The notes below the pieces were generated by a model. It was not told where the DNA came from and searched no databases. It saw only the letters and a program-made list of their open reading frames with translations. A stretch of 63,046 bases of DNA, filler included, from Craspedostauros australis (lineage: Eukaryota): assembly GCA_030167865.1 (NCBI GenBank). It is 8 parts of 8 records of this genome, joined end to end, with 100 filler letters (N's around TTAATTAATTAA, not from the genome) between each part and the next. Parts side by side here need not be neighbours in the genome. Positions count along the whole stretch, not along the records: positions 28,773 to 51,763 come from JALAGF010000563.1; positions 51,864 to 52,987 come from JALAGF010000564.1; positions 53,088 to 54,809 come from JALAGF010000565.1; 5 more parts are not named here. One strand, 5' to 3'. This document shows, one piece after another, positions 45,401-54,909 of the stretch (positions within the stretch are counted from its first letter, which is position 1; each line of letters opens with the position of its first letter). The position numbers and the translations under genes were made by a program.

Positions 45401-47475
45401 ACCTTGTATGGCAGACTGAGGAGGGGTTCGACGATGCCATCGGGATTGATTTTGCCGTTCCACGTGGATGTGGCGTACACACGTCCGACCGGATCGACTT
45501 CGGGTCCCCAGATGGGCGTGTAGTCATGCGACGTGCTGTGATACATGGACCGCGCGTTGATCCCTTTCCACGCTGATTCCAGCAGCAGCACGGCGACGTG
45601 ACGACACTCTTCGCGGTAGCGTTCGACGGTCGCCTCCGCCGGCATCGCATTTGGTTGTTCGTACTTGTGCTGGTTCGATCCCAACCGCCATTGCTGCGCT
45701 TCCGCGATGGCCTGCTCATCCATGCGCGCCGTGAAGATGGATGACAAGCGCATCGGATGATCCTGCTTGATCCATCGAAAGACGTGTCGCGCGCCGCAGA
45801 GGACGACGTGACGTTCGTCGCTGGGACAATGTCGCAGCAAGACGCGCGCCCACGTCGTGAGGCGGACATCGCCGTGATCGCCGATGGTATGTTCCGCCGT
45901 GGTGGCGCAGCACGAGAAGGTGGACATGGTGGATGGCATGGTGTTGGTCGTGGGCGGTCCGATGACGGTGCCCGAGATGAGGGGCGGGCAGAATCGTTTG
46001 TTCCATTTTGAGTGCGCCCGCGTCTTGTACTTGCGGCTGACGTTCGGCAGGTTGGTTTGGTGGATGGCCTGCGTCCATTGCGGGAAGATGTGCATGCTGC
46101 CGCCGCTGGCTCCGATCTGCTCGGCGATGTTGGCGGCCATGACGCTGGAGGATGTGGAGACGACGCTCATGGTGTCGTGGCTGTGTCGATAGGATGAAGA
46201 TGCGTGCAGCTTGGACCTGCTTTGATGCGATGCGTTCTGCGGTGATGCGTTTGGCGAGAGGATCGTGGCCAGCGTCGGCGCCATGGAAGCGGAGGAAAGG
46301 CCCGCCATGCTGAGGGTGGAGGAATGCGCCGACGCCGATAGATTGTTGGGGCGGTAGCGACCCCACACGCCGAACGCAGGGATGCAGCACTGGCAGTTGG
46401 AGACGGCGATGTTGAGGCTGTTCTGCAACCAGCTGCTGAGGATGGATCCGAAGACGATGGGTGCCGTGTGCTCGCCTTCGTGTCTGCGCAGGACGGGATT
46501 GCCGACGGCATCGACAAGGACGGGCGAGATGGGCTGCGGATGGATGGGGGAAAGCGATATGTGCTGGCCGATTCCGAAGAGGGATGAGAAGTTGTCGAAG
46601 AGGCAATTGTGCCACGGCATGGGACCGAAGGACGTGCGCTGCAGGGACTTGACCAAGGATCCATCTGTGTCGGCTTGGTGGCGGTGCTTCCCATGCTTTC
46701 CATTTGAGAATGCTCCTCCTGTGGGTCTGGACTTTGTTGTTTTGGTGGTCGTTGGGTTGTGCGACTGTTTGTGGTGCTTTCCATTGTTTTTGCCATTGCT
46801 TTTGCTGTTGCCATTGGTGTGTCTGTTGCTGTGTCTGTTGCTGTTGCTGTTGCCATTGCTTTTGCCATTGGTGTTGGTATGAGAAGCCTCGTCACCATTG
46901 GTTTCGCTGTTACTGTCGTTACTTCCACTGTTCTCAACCTGCCCTTGGTTTCCTTCTGCGTTTGCTTCTGCTTGTGCTTCTGCCTCTTCATCTGCGTCTG
47001 ATTGCACATCAGCATGAGCATGTTCATGTTCATGTTCATGGGCGTTGCTATCATCATGCTCGACTTCGATGATACTGCCATGGCCATCGGCATGCAAAGG
47101 AGACGCGGCGGCGGGCGCACCATTGGCGACGAAGGCCTCCGGCGCATCCCACAGAGCCAGCTCCAGATCCACGGTGACATGCACGCGCTGACCATGCGAA
47201 TCGGTGGTCGTGACGTTCCAGGCAATCGCGTTGCTGCGAATGAGGCTGGATGACGCAGCGGCGGCACCCTGCTGGCTGATGGTGGAGACCGTGGTGCCCT
47301 CCGTGGTGGCGACGGACTCGTTGCTGCTGCCTGCGGCCGTGCTGGCGATGCTGACGTGCCGGTCGCTGTACCGATCCACATGCCAGGCGCGCAGGATGGT
47401 CTCCACATCGCGTGCGAGGCGCTCCAAAGATGTGGAGCACGAGTAGTCCGTGTATTCCTCTTCCCGGTGCGCCAT
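42490..47475 (-). CDS. RAB3GAP1: Rab3 GTPase-activating protein catalytic subunit (1661 aa)
   Basis: N-terminal DYS..T.LERL..DVE..L..W, CLIGQKLQVLN, LYAPYLQ..P.TDD, LVSDMRAFKAANP...F.DFIDWY and PAVEQKPLFD. Confidence 0.88.
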   Translation of the reverse strand: MAHREEEYTDYSCSTSLERLARDVETILRAWHVDRYSDRHVSIASTAAGSSNESVATTEGTTVSTISQQGAAAASSSLIRSNAIAWNVTTTDSHGQRVHVTVDLELALWDAPEAFVANGAPAAASPLHADGHGSIIEVEHDDSNAHEHEHEHAHADVQSDADEEAEAQAEANAEGNQGQVENSGSNDSNSETNGDEASHTNTNGKSNGNSNSNRHSNRHTNGNSKSNGKNNGKHHKQSHNPTTTKTTKSRPTGGAFSNGKHGKHRHQADTDGSLVKSLQRTSFGPMPWHNCLFDNFSSLFGIGQHISLSPIHPQPISPVLVDAVGNPVLRRHEGEHTAPIVFGSILSSWLQNSLNIAVSNCQCCIPAFGVWGRYRPNNLSASAHSSTLSMAGLSSASMAPTLATILSPNASPQNASHQSRSKLHASSSYRHSHDTMSVVSTSSSVMAANIAEQIGASGGSMHIFPQWTQAIHQTNLPNVSRKYKTRAHSKWNKRFCPPLISGTVIGPPTTNTMPSTMSTFSCCATTAEHTIGDHGDVRLTTWARVLLRHCPSDERHVVLCGARHVFRWIKQDHPMRLSSIFTARMDEQAIAEAQQWRLGSNQHKYEQPNAMPAEATVERYREECRHVAVLLLESAWKGINARSMYHSTSHDYTPIWGPEVDPVGRVYATSTWNGKINPDGIVEPLLSLPYKVRSQNEFDRAEMEDSVEKTILNPLSATAFCVQSFFDRNISMTPLTASQRCTVAALIRSATLPGETLIQHLIDEDLVDRWDNNAGTVVAMRLADRMHVNQSTKQIVRAMDWSNAIDEMIEMHEAESIVHDIMSEFSPAQFPNAPEESFLDNDDVAFHAAFRKSAPWGRLLSILFAHMARLRSISSIAMVWDVFVNELRRRWEMRESIPNMRYNSGLDPHPLTLYERRCYSTIGHKANFSAFLHCVEPDPDDFHCLIGQKLQVLNLGVECIVASEIAEHEAMERFLGTGEVAMRDAQLEKQRHEELQRKDMAQHVEKQRQEEEQRIAQEAEAQRVEEQRKREEEERKKQKEAQKEQQGERAGTVVRMKSLAIGSGPIADATDIIMTASDDLDSPRALQNADQQQAAASKPASKWPKAKQQQQQQQQQQRKKQDEKPDNGVKPDDQNDYGPPTINTDLEFWVMDEPGHAANLDVGLDFVEPPTISGDFDFAAPPPTNLDELQISATSFTTNLESPPPRPKATTAPENKFVVENLPNDASAWEGTIMHDNDGENDGDDDSNHSMATSATLSQMYYDAAEAGSIFSMRNEFVSLDAVVNMEDMQKRPGARCPVYGANLGSADEQLYAPYLQRPFPLTDDVVLERKLMLARKLEKGKNVLQCRLELAQRLQRPKLVSDMRAFKAANPKAKFQDFIDWYGNPGNPLDDYSDTAVLPGLSVAVARRQSTAKKMHRANEARRILNATRDFWMDSWAQAEPLPAVEQKPLFDVTSTVEMALDYMEQMHPTNLLNQIVCVNLSSAYFAVVSSAQDALEVDCVKVCLSKLRKRIDRALTVLSRDAAGGSTGLWLEASNEMMSSSQRYASDEAILACDEACDTLAEAETMVARAVSLLHKFPREYKLVQALLTSADGTSIVLQEEQQRKLVLKAMPDDPVMREYVMRNLDDGNPCQLSVRYGEITEGSSENGLVLAIAKSWKE

Positions 47476-48557
47476 TGTGGGTGGCTATGTGCAGATGGAT
47501 AGATAGATGAATAGATAGATGTGGGTGGCTATGTGTAGATGAATAGATAGATGTAGATGGATAGATAGATGGATGAATCGCGGCGATCTCTGGCTGTTCG
47601 CTGTGGCTTCTCTTCTCCCAAACTCGCTTGTTTGTGCTCTATCCCGTATTGCCTTCCGAAGGGTGAGAGCGTCGGGATGGATGCTTGCACAGGTGTGTGT
47701 GTATGTATAGTGGGAAGAGTGCCCTTGAGTATTACGAGTATAGCACGTGTATAATACAATACGTATGCTCGAAGCAACTGTGATGCCTGAAGATCAATGA
47801 AAGAGTGTGCTGTGTTCTCGCTCCTCCAGACAGCGGCTTTCCGTATCAACAGAATCACCAACACAGACCAAGAAACGGCGAACAAGGCAACTGAATCAAC
47901 TCGGATGCTGTTCGGTGCGTGGTTGTCTCGTTGTACGGTATCGTTGTATCGTTGTATCGTTGTATGGTTGTATCGTTGTATCCTTGGATGTCGATAACAG
48001 AGGCTTCGCCGCTTCACTTCACTTCACTCTGCTTGCTTTGACCTGATCTGATCTGCCACAAGTTGATTTGATTTGCTCGAAACAGAAGGAAGCCAACAGC
48101 CCAGATAGATAGAGAGACAGAGAGAGAGACAACCACCCTCAGCTCAACAGAGCACAAGAAGGTTTTTGGTTGGTTGGTTGCTTGTTTCGGCCTCTTTTTG
48201 ACGGATCGCTGTTGCTTGTGTTCACGCACATCGTCGTTGTACGCCTCGTTCTCCATCCATTCGGCGACATCGCCGTCTCTCCAACAGAAAGAACACACAC
48301 ACAAAGACGCTTCTGTTCGCCCAAAACTTTGTCGGTTGAGTCATTTCGGTCATGCGTCCAGATTCACGCCTTTCCAAGTACAACACAATCCCTCTTTTCG
48401 CGCCACAAAATGCTTTCTTCGTGTCTTGTTTGCTGCGTCGCACCGCGTTGCGTTGTGTTGTGTTGCGTTGTGGATGTATCTTCTTGCTGATCGTTGGCTT
48501 GTTCTCAGGTCGCAACAGCCATAATCTCGGAGGCTCTGCCATATCCTATCCAACAAC

Positions 48558-49807
48558 ATGACAGACAACAACATGACAGACAACGACATGACGGACAACG
48601 ACGAGCAATCGCAGGACGCCGCAACGCGTCAAGAACAGGCGTCGTGTGCGATGGATGATGTTGCAGTTGCAGACGAAGACCTGCATCGCGACAAGAAACT
48701 GCGATTGTCATCGGATGGCGCGACGGTGCGTGCGAGTGTTTGCGTCGTGCTTCGCAAGGATGTTGTCTCTATCGCACTCACCATGCTTTGCATTCCATCA
48801 TTCTCATCAAACAGGATCCAAACGACGAAGGATCCGCGGACCAACTCGAGCACATGGCTCCCATTCCGCAACCAAGAAACAACAACGACGACGCATCGTC
48901 TCAATCAAGCGCAGCGACGCCGCGAAACGGCGACGATCCTGCGCAAGACTTCCAATCACGGTGGGAAACATGGGCCGCACAGGACACCAACACCGCCAAC
49001 CTCCCGCAATTCCAAGCAACGCAACAACAGCGCAAACAGGTGCAGCGCGCATTCATCGCCAAGATCGATACGATCCTCGATGGATGGACGCACGCGACCC
49101 AACGCACGACCGATACTGCGCAACGACAGCTGGACCGTGACGCCACCGAGATCAAGGTCCGCGACGACCAAGTGCGTGCCATCTTGCGGTCCAATCACAA
49201 CAAGCGCCAGCGGTTGTCGCGTCGGTTGCAGCATGCCGACAAGGTGTGGCAGAACCATTGCGCGGTGCTGCAGGATGCCGTGTGGAGCGACAAGCGCGTC
49301 AAGGATCTTGCCGGCGTTCTGCAACGCGGTGCGCAAAAGGAGGTGCCGCAAGATATGGTAAGCGCTGCGTGTTGGTCTACATGCTTGTAAACGTGCTTGG
49401 ACTCGAATTCATCAACTCTAATCGACCTGCTGCCTCTCTTTCATTCACAACAGGACGTCGACCTCGACACGATCGCCCAACAGCACGAGCCATCCGGCAA
49501 GATCATCGAACACTACTTGCGCACGCAATCGTGCCATCCGCAACTCGGCGATCTGCATCACATGCCGGACACCACCTTGCATACCATCCAGTCCTGCGTC
49601 GAGCGTCTCTACCGATCGGAGGAAGACCAGACGCAACAGTTGGAATGCGCGGTGCAACGCATCTTGCAGTCAAATTCCATCCGCAAGCAGCAGTTGCAAC
49701 ACACGCTCAAGGCATCGCAAGAGCAGGCCAGTCATTTGTTTGCCAATCTGTGGGCCAGAATTGGGCATGATGGTGCGAAAGCAACTGAATCGGATGTGGT
49801 GCCATGA
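48558..49807 (+). CDS. Hypothetical coiled-coil protein; join(48558..48725,48815..49357,49454..49807)
   Basis: Two phase-0 GT-AG introns (GTGCGT and GTAAGC donors) link three ORF-track frames into one Gln-rich helical protein. Confidence 0.65.
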
Positions 49808-49982
49808 ATTGGGGCCGCAGTATTGCAGTAGAATAGGGCTGTAGAGTACGCAATAGGGATGTGGTTGGGAATGTGCCGGTACCTCCATACACTAGTACGA
49901 TTAGTATTCACATTGCGACACCACGATCGTCGGCCATTCCAAAATGAACGACGTGCCGTATCATCTTCGTGTTACGGCCATC

Positions 49983-51338
49983 TTAACGTTTCTGGAACAA
50001 ATACAACGAAACGATCCACTCGTTGCCATCTTCGAGACCAAACAATTCGGCGCACGCCATGAAGAACAACCGCCAGTTGATGTACCACGTGCGTTCCTTG
50101 CCTTGCCCGTAGGCTTGCGCCAGGGTGGATTGCAGCTCACCCTTGCGCCATGCATCGTCGAGCATTTGCAACCATCCGTTGGAGGTTCGTTCGTAATGCG
50201 TGCCGTTGACGCGCCAATGATTCTGCACGCAAAAGTGCTTGCCAAAGTACAGCAGCAGATCGTCGCTGGGCATGGTGCCGCCCGTGAAGAAGGTGTCCGT
50301 CATCCAGCCTTTGTCGAAGTGATACGCGAAGTTCTTGTGCGCGAAGATGTGGACGAAGAGTCGACCGTCGGGCTTCAGGAATCCATTCACCTTTTCGAGG
50401 AGGTCGTTGTAGTTCTTCATGTGCTCGAACCTGATTTGTGGCAGTGCAGGAAGAAGAAGAGGAGAAGAAGAATGACAAGAAGGGGTGAGCTGCGTTGAGC
50501 TCCAGCAATAGTAATCGGCATCAGCACCAACGGTGCAAAACACCAGCGCCAGCAGTAATCGACAGATTGGAACGTACATTTCCACCGTCATGACCAGATC
50601 GTTGTCCTTGACCACGTCCAGCGCGCCTTTATCATCCGACACGTTGCACGTGACGACGGTGATATTGTTGACGTTATACCCGCGCGCCTTGGCAGTGGCG
50701 TAGATGTACTCGCGTTGCGAATTGGAGTTGGAAATGCTGGTGATCTTCGCGTTGGGATACCGCTCGGCGAGATGCAACGTGAGGGATCCCCAGCCGCAAC
50801 CCAGATCGACGATCTTCATGCCGTCCTGGACGCCGATGAGGTCGCAGTAGTGCTGAAGCATGGCAATTTCGGATTCTTCAAAGGTGGTGTTGGGATTGGG
50901 CCACAGCCCGCTCGAGTACTTCTTGCGCGGGCCGAGGCAGAGGTCGTAGAACTTGGCGGGGACTTCGTAGTGCTGGTCGTTGGCCTCATCCGTGTGGATG
51001 GCGATGGGCAGGGTGTGAAGCTCCTTGACGATGGATATCTTTTGCTCGAGCTCCGTCTGGGCGCAATCGTCCTGGAGGATGTTGAGGTGATTGTAGAGCT
51101 GCAGACGGATGCCCCAGCGGATGACGAAATCCGGGACGATGCCGGCCTGGATGAGGGGGATGCACTGCTCCGATGTTTGGGACATGATGGAGAGGATGGA
51201 TTCCTGCAGCTTGGCAAAGAGGGTGGTGGAAGTTACGGTCCGCAGGATGGCGTACGCCAGCGCCAAGTGATGCGGCTTGACCTGCTCGTAGTTTGCTGGC
51301 ATCACCAGCAACGAACGGGAGAGATCCACGAAGTCCAT
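49983..51338 (-). CDS. SAM-dependent methyltransferase, coclaurine N-methyltransferase/CFA-synthase-like; exons 51338-50578, 50430-49983
   Basis: [24 protein letters not shown], spliced [29 protein letters not shown] and [12 protein letters not shown]. The start could be a downstream ATG. Confidence 0.9.
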   Translation of the reverse strand: MDFVDLSRSLLVMPANYEQVKPHHLALAYAILRTVTSTTLFAKLQESILSIMSQTSEQCIPLIQAGIVPDFVIRWGIRLQLYNHLNILQDDCAQTELEQKISIVKELHTLPIAIHTDEANDQHYEVPAKFYDLCLGPRKKYSSGLWPNPNTTFEESEIAMLQHYCDLIGVQDGMKIVDLGCGWGSLTLHLAERYPNAKITSISNSNSQREYIYATAKARGYNVNNITVVTCNVSDDKGALDVVKDNDLVMTVEMYVPICRLLLALVFCTVGADADYYCWSSTQLTPSCHSSSPLLLPALPQIRFEHMKNYNDLLEKVNGFLKPDGRLFVHIFAHKNFAYHFDKGWMTDTFFTGGTMPSDDLLLYFGKHFCVQNHWRVNGTHYERTSNGWLQMLDDAWRKGELQSTLAQAYGQGKERTWYINWRLFFMACAELFGLEDGNEWIVSLYLFQKR

Positions 51339-51763
51339 CGTGGTGGGTGGTGTGTGTGTTGGATCCTCTTGTGGCTATGCTGTTCGTTCGTGTGTCTTGT
51401 TACCTATGGTGGACAACAGTGGTTGGGTACAAAGCACGTACGAGTAGTAGTAGTCGTAGTACTCTCCTCAAGATGGATTTGTGAGCAGATGGCGATCAAA
51501 GCGGCAGTATCGGAAGGATCGGAAGTTGAGGACCAAAGACTGAAGTGCGATTGTTCAATGTTCGTACGAGTAGAGCCGTATGATTATGACGTGACGTGAC
51601 GAGACTCCAGGGGGGGGGGGGAAAGACGGTAATTTTTCATTTCCCATGATAAGGCAACAACAGTTTCTTCCATAATCTACAGTCCAAAAGTCAAAAACCA
51701 AACTGAAAATTTGCCATCTTTCAGCCTTCTTCCTGTCAGTTGTTTGCACAATCATCCTGATTT

Positions 51764-51863
51764 NNNNNNNNNNNNNNNNNNNNNNNNNNNNNNNNNNNNN
51801 NNNNNNNTTAATTAATTAANNNNNNNNNNNNNNNNNNNNNNNNNNNNNNNNNNNNNNNNNNNN
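51764..51863. other. Artificial contig-joining spacer
   Basis: N44-TTAATTAATTAA-N44. Confidence 0.98.
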
Positions 51864-51864
51864 T

Positions 51865-52596
51865 CCAAAGCCTGCAACTGTGCCAGCAGCAGGCTTTGCC
51901 CATCCATTTGGTGGCCCAATGCCACCTCGGCCTCATGGTGGTACAGCCGGTGGTCCTCAGCCTGCTCCATTTGGCTCTCCGACTCCCAATCATGGCGCCT
52001 TCGCGACTCCTCCTGCTACCAACCACTTCGCTGGGCAGGTGGACGCCATGCGGCAGCAGATGGAACGCGAGGCCGCAGCACGCATCGCACAGGCCCAAGA
52101 GGAAGCCCGGAAGACCCGCGCCGAATGTGAGGCTCTCCTGCGTCAAGCAAAAGAGCGCTCTCACATGGACGCCCAAGCGAAGGCGCAGTTGGAGCGCGAA
52201 GCGACGGCGAAGTTTGCGCAAATGCGCAACGAAGTTGCTGCGCGTGAGTTTCGCGCCAACTCGCGGATGGCGGTGCTTGAGGAGCAGCTGCGCACGGCTC
52301 GGAACTTGGAGGCCATGGCAGCTGCCAATCTTGGCCTGCGGTCTCCCAGTGGGAGCATCCCCGATGCCGCNGTCAGTTCCTCCCAATCCAGCAGCCAGGA
52401 GAGTGTTGCCACGCACACCATCGAGATGGAGATGGTGGGCCTGACTGGAAGTGTGCACCCCCGCAACGATGAAGATGCCCCACGCCGCGATGAAGTGATC
52501 CGCAGCCGCGTGGGCGATTTGGGTGCAGGCGGCAGTGGAACTGGCGAATTGAGTGGCAGCGTGGTGTCCACAGATGGGCGAACAGAGCACGCATAA
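51865..52596 (+). CDS. 5'-truncated hypothetical ORF (Pro/Gly-rich then coiled coil), possibly repeat-derived
   Basis: Frame is open from the block edge; Ala/Glu/Arg coiled-coil stretch; no recognisable domain. Confidence 0.4.
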   Translation, partial: PKPATVPAAGFAHPFGGPMPPRPHGGTAGGPQPAPFGSPTPNHGAFATPPATNHFAGQVDAMRQQMEREAAARIAQAQEEARKTRAECEALLRQAKERSHMDAQAKAQLEREATAKFAQMRNEVAAREFRANSRMAVLEEQLRTARNLEAMAAANLGLRSPSGSIPDAXVSSSQSSSQESVATHTIEMEMVGLTGSVHPRNDEDAPRRDEVIRSRVGDLGAGGSGTGELSGSVVSTDGRTEHA

Positions 52597-52987
52597 AATG
52601 AGAGCACACCGCACCAGCCTGGGTGCGTCAACACAAGAGAGCACGACAACAGCAACAACATCACAGAAAGCACGACAACAGCAACACAGGAAGCACAACA
52701 ACAACAACACAGGAAGCACGACAACAACAACACAAAGAGAGGAGCAACCATCCCAAACCACAACGCAGAGAGCTTTGCATTCTCCCTGGAAGAGATGGTG
52801 CCACCAACGAGAAAACAACAGAAACAGAAACAAACAAGGAGAGGGCTGATCAAGTACCTCATTAGCGATAATTCAGTAGTAGCAAAACAGCACGATGGGT
52901 GCAAGAAACTGTTCAGCTTCTTTGTTGCGTTTTAGTCTTGCCGATTCCGACAGATAAAGTTGGATTTTCTCCTTTTCCGACAACTCC

Positions 52988-53087
52988 NNNNNNNNNNNNN
53001 NNNNNNNNNNNNNNNNNNNNNNNNNNNNNNNTTAATTAATTAANNNNNNNNNNNNNNNNNNNNNNNNNNNNNNNNNNNNNNNNNNNN
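52988..53087. other. Artificial contig-joining spacer
   Basis: N44-TTAATTAATTAA-N44. Confidence 0.98.
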
Positions 53088-53925
53088 TCAGGGTGGCAAC
53101 CGCATGACTGACCTCTTCATGGCTCGTCTTCAGTCTTCGGATGACAGCGTCATGGCGTAAACGAATGCGCTACAACACCACGAGGCTTGTTGTGAAGCCT
53201 CACGCATCCCCGTGCACATTCTCGCACATCTCCACACACACAATTTTTCACGCAAGGAAGTGAATCTCATCACGACCGAGCACCAACACCAATACAGCAA
53301 CCATACAGCAACCATACAGCACCCCATACACCATAGAACATAGAACATAGAATACAATAGAATACAATAAAATACACGCAATAGAATACAACACAACATA
53401 CACAACACAATAGACTACAGCACAAATCAACAGACTGCAATCGGCCAATCATAGAAACTGCAACTTGACATCCAGCGGAATGATTGGATGGAGATCGCGC
53501 CCGCAGAGCGTCGGCTCGCTGGCGGCTGTTCGCGTTGTCGAAGGTCGCTACACAACTGCACCTCTGCCAGCTTCGTGTGGACTTCACCGCACCGTCTGGT
53601 CGTCGTCAACCCAAGTATAGGTAATGGAAGATCCCCCAACCACCAACCAAAACGAGTCAACATGAACCAACATCTCAAGTCGTGTTTGGTGTCAGATTCT
53701 TGTGATCACGACTCGGATGACATCACGACCAAAGAACAGAACTCTTCTTGACACACCACCATTCTCGATTGACATCAATCTGCTCACAAAATCAAACCAT
53801 CCACAACGTTTAACCGGGGCAAACACAGCATACTCGTTCATACAGCATTCAACAAACAACTGGAATAGCAAACACTCAACGCAACAAGACAAGACCCCAC
53901 CGCCAAAGCCAACCTAAAAAACATC

Positions 53926-54603
53926 ATGCTTCTCCGTCGACTCTTCGCCTCAGCGGCCATCCTGCTATCATTGTGTCACCATGTCCAGCCATCGCGATCA
54001 CCGTCCACATCGGTCGCTCGCCAACACAATCGAACTGCTGCTTCCCCATACTTGAGGACGCAGCCTGCAACCCCCAAGGTACAACACTTGCGAAGCAACA
54101 ATCGCACCACAGCTCATTCAACGAATCTCAGCGCCACATTTGATCCCGACACAACACCATCTCCTGAGACGCATGGCACAACTGTTGGAGTCGGGAACAC
54201 CACGGTGGCCACTGCTGGAAAGATGTCCAACGCCGAAGCAAGCACAGTAGATCCCGAACCCAGTGTCGGCAGCAGTGATGATTGCGAAGACGACGATAGC
54301 GACGATGACTTCGAAGACGACGACGACGATGATGACGATGATGAGATGTTTGGTGGCGTCATCTTCCGTTTTGAACGACGCGAGTTGAAAGGATCGTCAT
54401 CAGGCGGCAGAGGTGGATCGAGCTCTGGCAGAAACAAGGGAAGCGGAGGTTACACCACCACGGGAGGTAGATCCAGTACCAACAGCAACAGCCAAGACGG
54501 AAACGGGGGCGATTTGAGCACCAAAGAGATTTTCATCGTTGTTGGTATCGTGGTCGGTTCGCTGATCGGGGTCGCCTTTTGTGTTTGCTTCGCTGAGAAG
54601 TAG
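53926..54603 (+). CDS. Type I membrane protein with poly-Asp tract, RXL site and Gly/Ser-rich segment (225 aa)
   Basis: Signal peptide MLLRRLFASAAILLSLC, Asp-rich run, RRELKG, GSSSGGRGGSSSG and C-terminal TM IFIVVGIVVGSLIGVAFCVCF. Confidence 0.7.
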   Translation: MLLRRLFASAAILLSLCHHVQPSRSPSTSVARQHNRTAASPYLRTQPATPKVQHLRSNNRTTAHSTNLSATFDPDTTPSPETHGTTVGVGNTTVATAGKMSNAEASTVDPEPSVGSSDDCEDDDSDDDFEDDDDDDDDDEMFGGVIFRFERRELKGSSSGGRGGSSSGRNKGSGGYTTTGGRSSTNSNSQDGNGGDLSTKEIFIVVGIVVGSLIGVAFCVCFAEK

Positions 54604-54809
54604 CATGTACCACATCACTCCATCTTCCTTCCCCTCTCTTGCTGATGTACGAGACATATTACCATGCACACACACAGAGCAGACAATCGATTGAGTCGCG
54701 GGCCATTTTGAGCCAGTGCCTGTGGACCAACGCTTTGCCAATGGCATGTGCGTACGGCAATTGAATCCATTTCTCCTTACTCTATTCTATTCTAGTCCAA
54801 TTCACAAAA

Positions 54810-54909
54810 NNNNNNNNNNNNNNNNNNNNNNNNNNNNNNNNNNNNNNNNNNNNTTAATTAATTAANNNNNNNNNNNNNNNNNNNNNNNNNNNNNNNNNNN
54901 NNNNNNNNN
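54810..54909. other. Artificial contig-joining spacer
   Basis: N44-TTAATTAATTAA-N44. Confidence 0.98.

Noticed and set aside
53280..53430. CATAG/AATAC-type short repeats
   Set aside because: Degenerate microsatellite, common throughout this genome's non-coding DNA.
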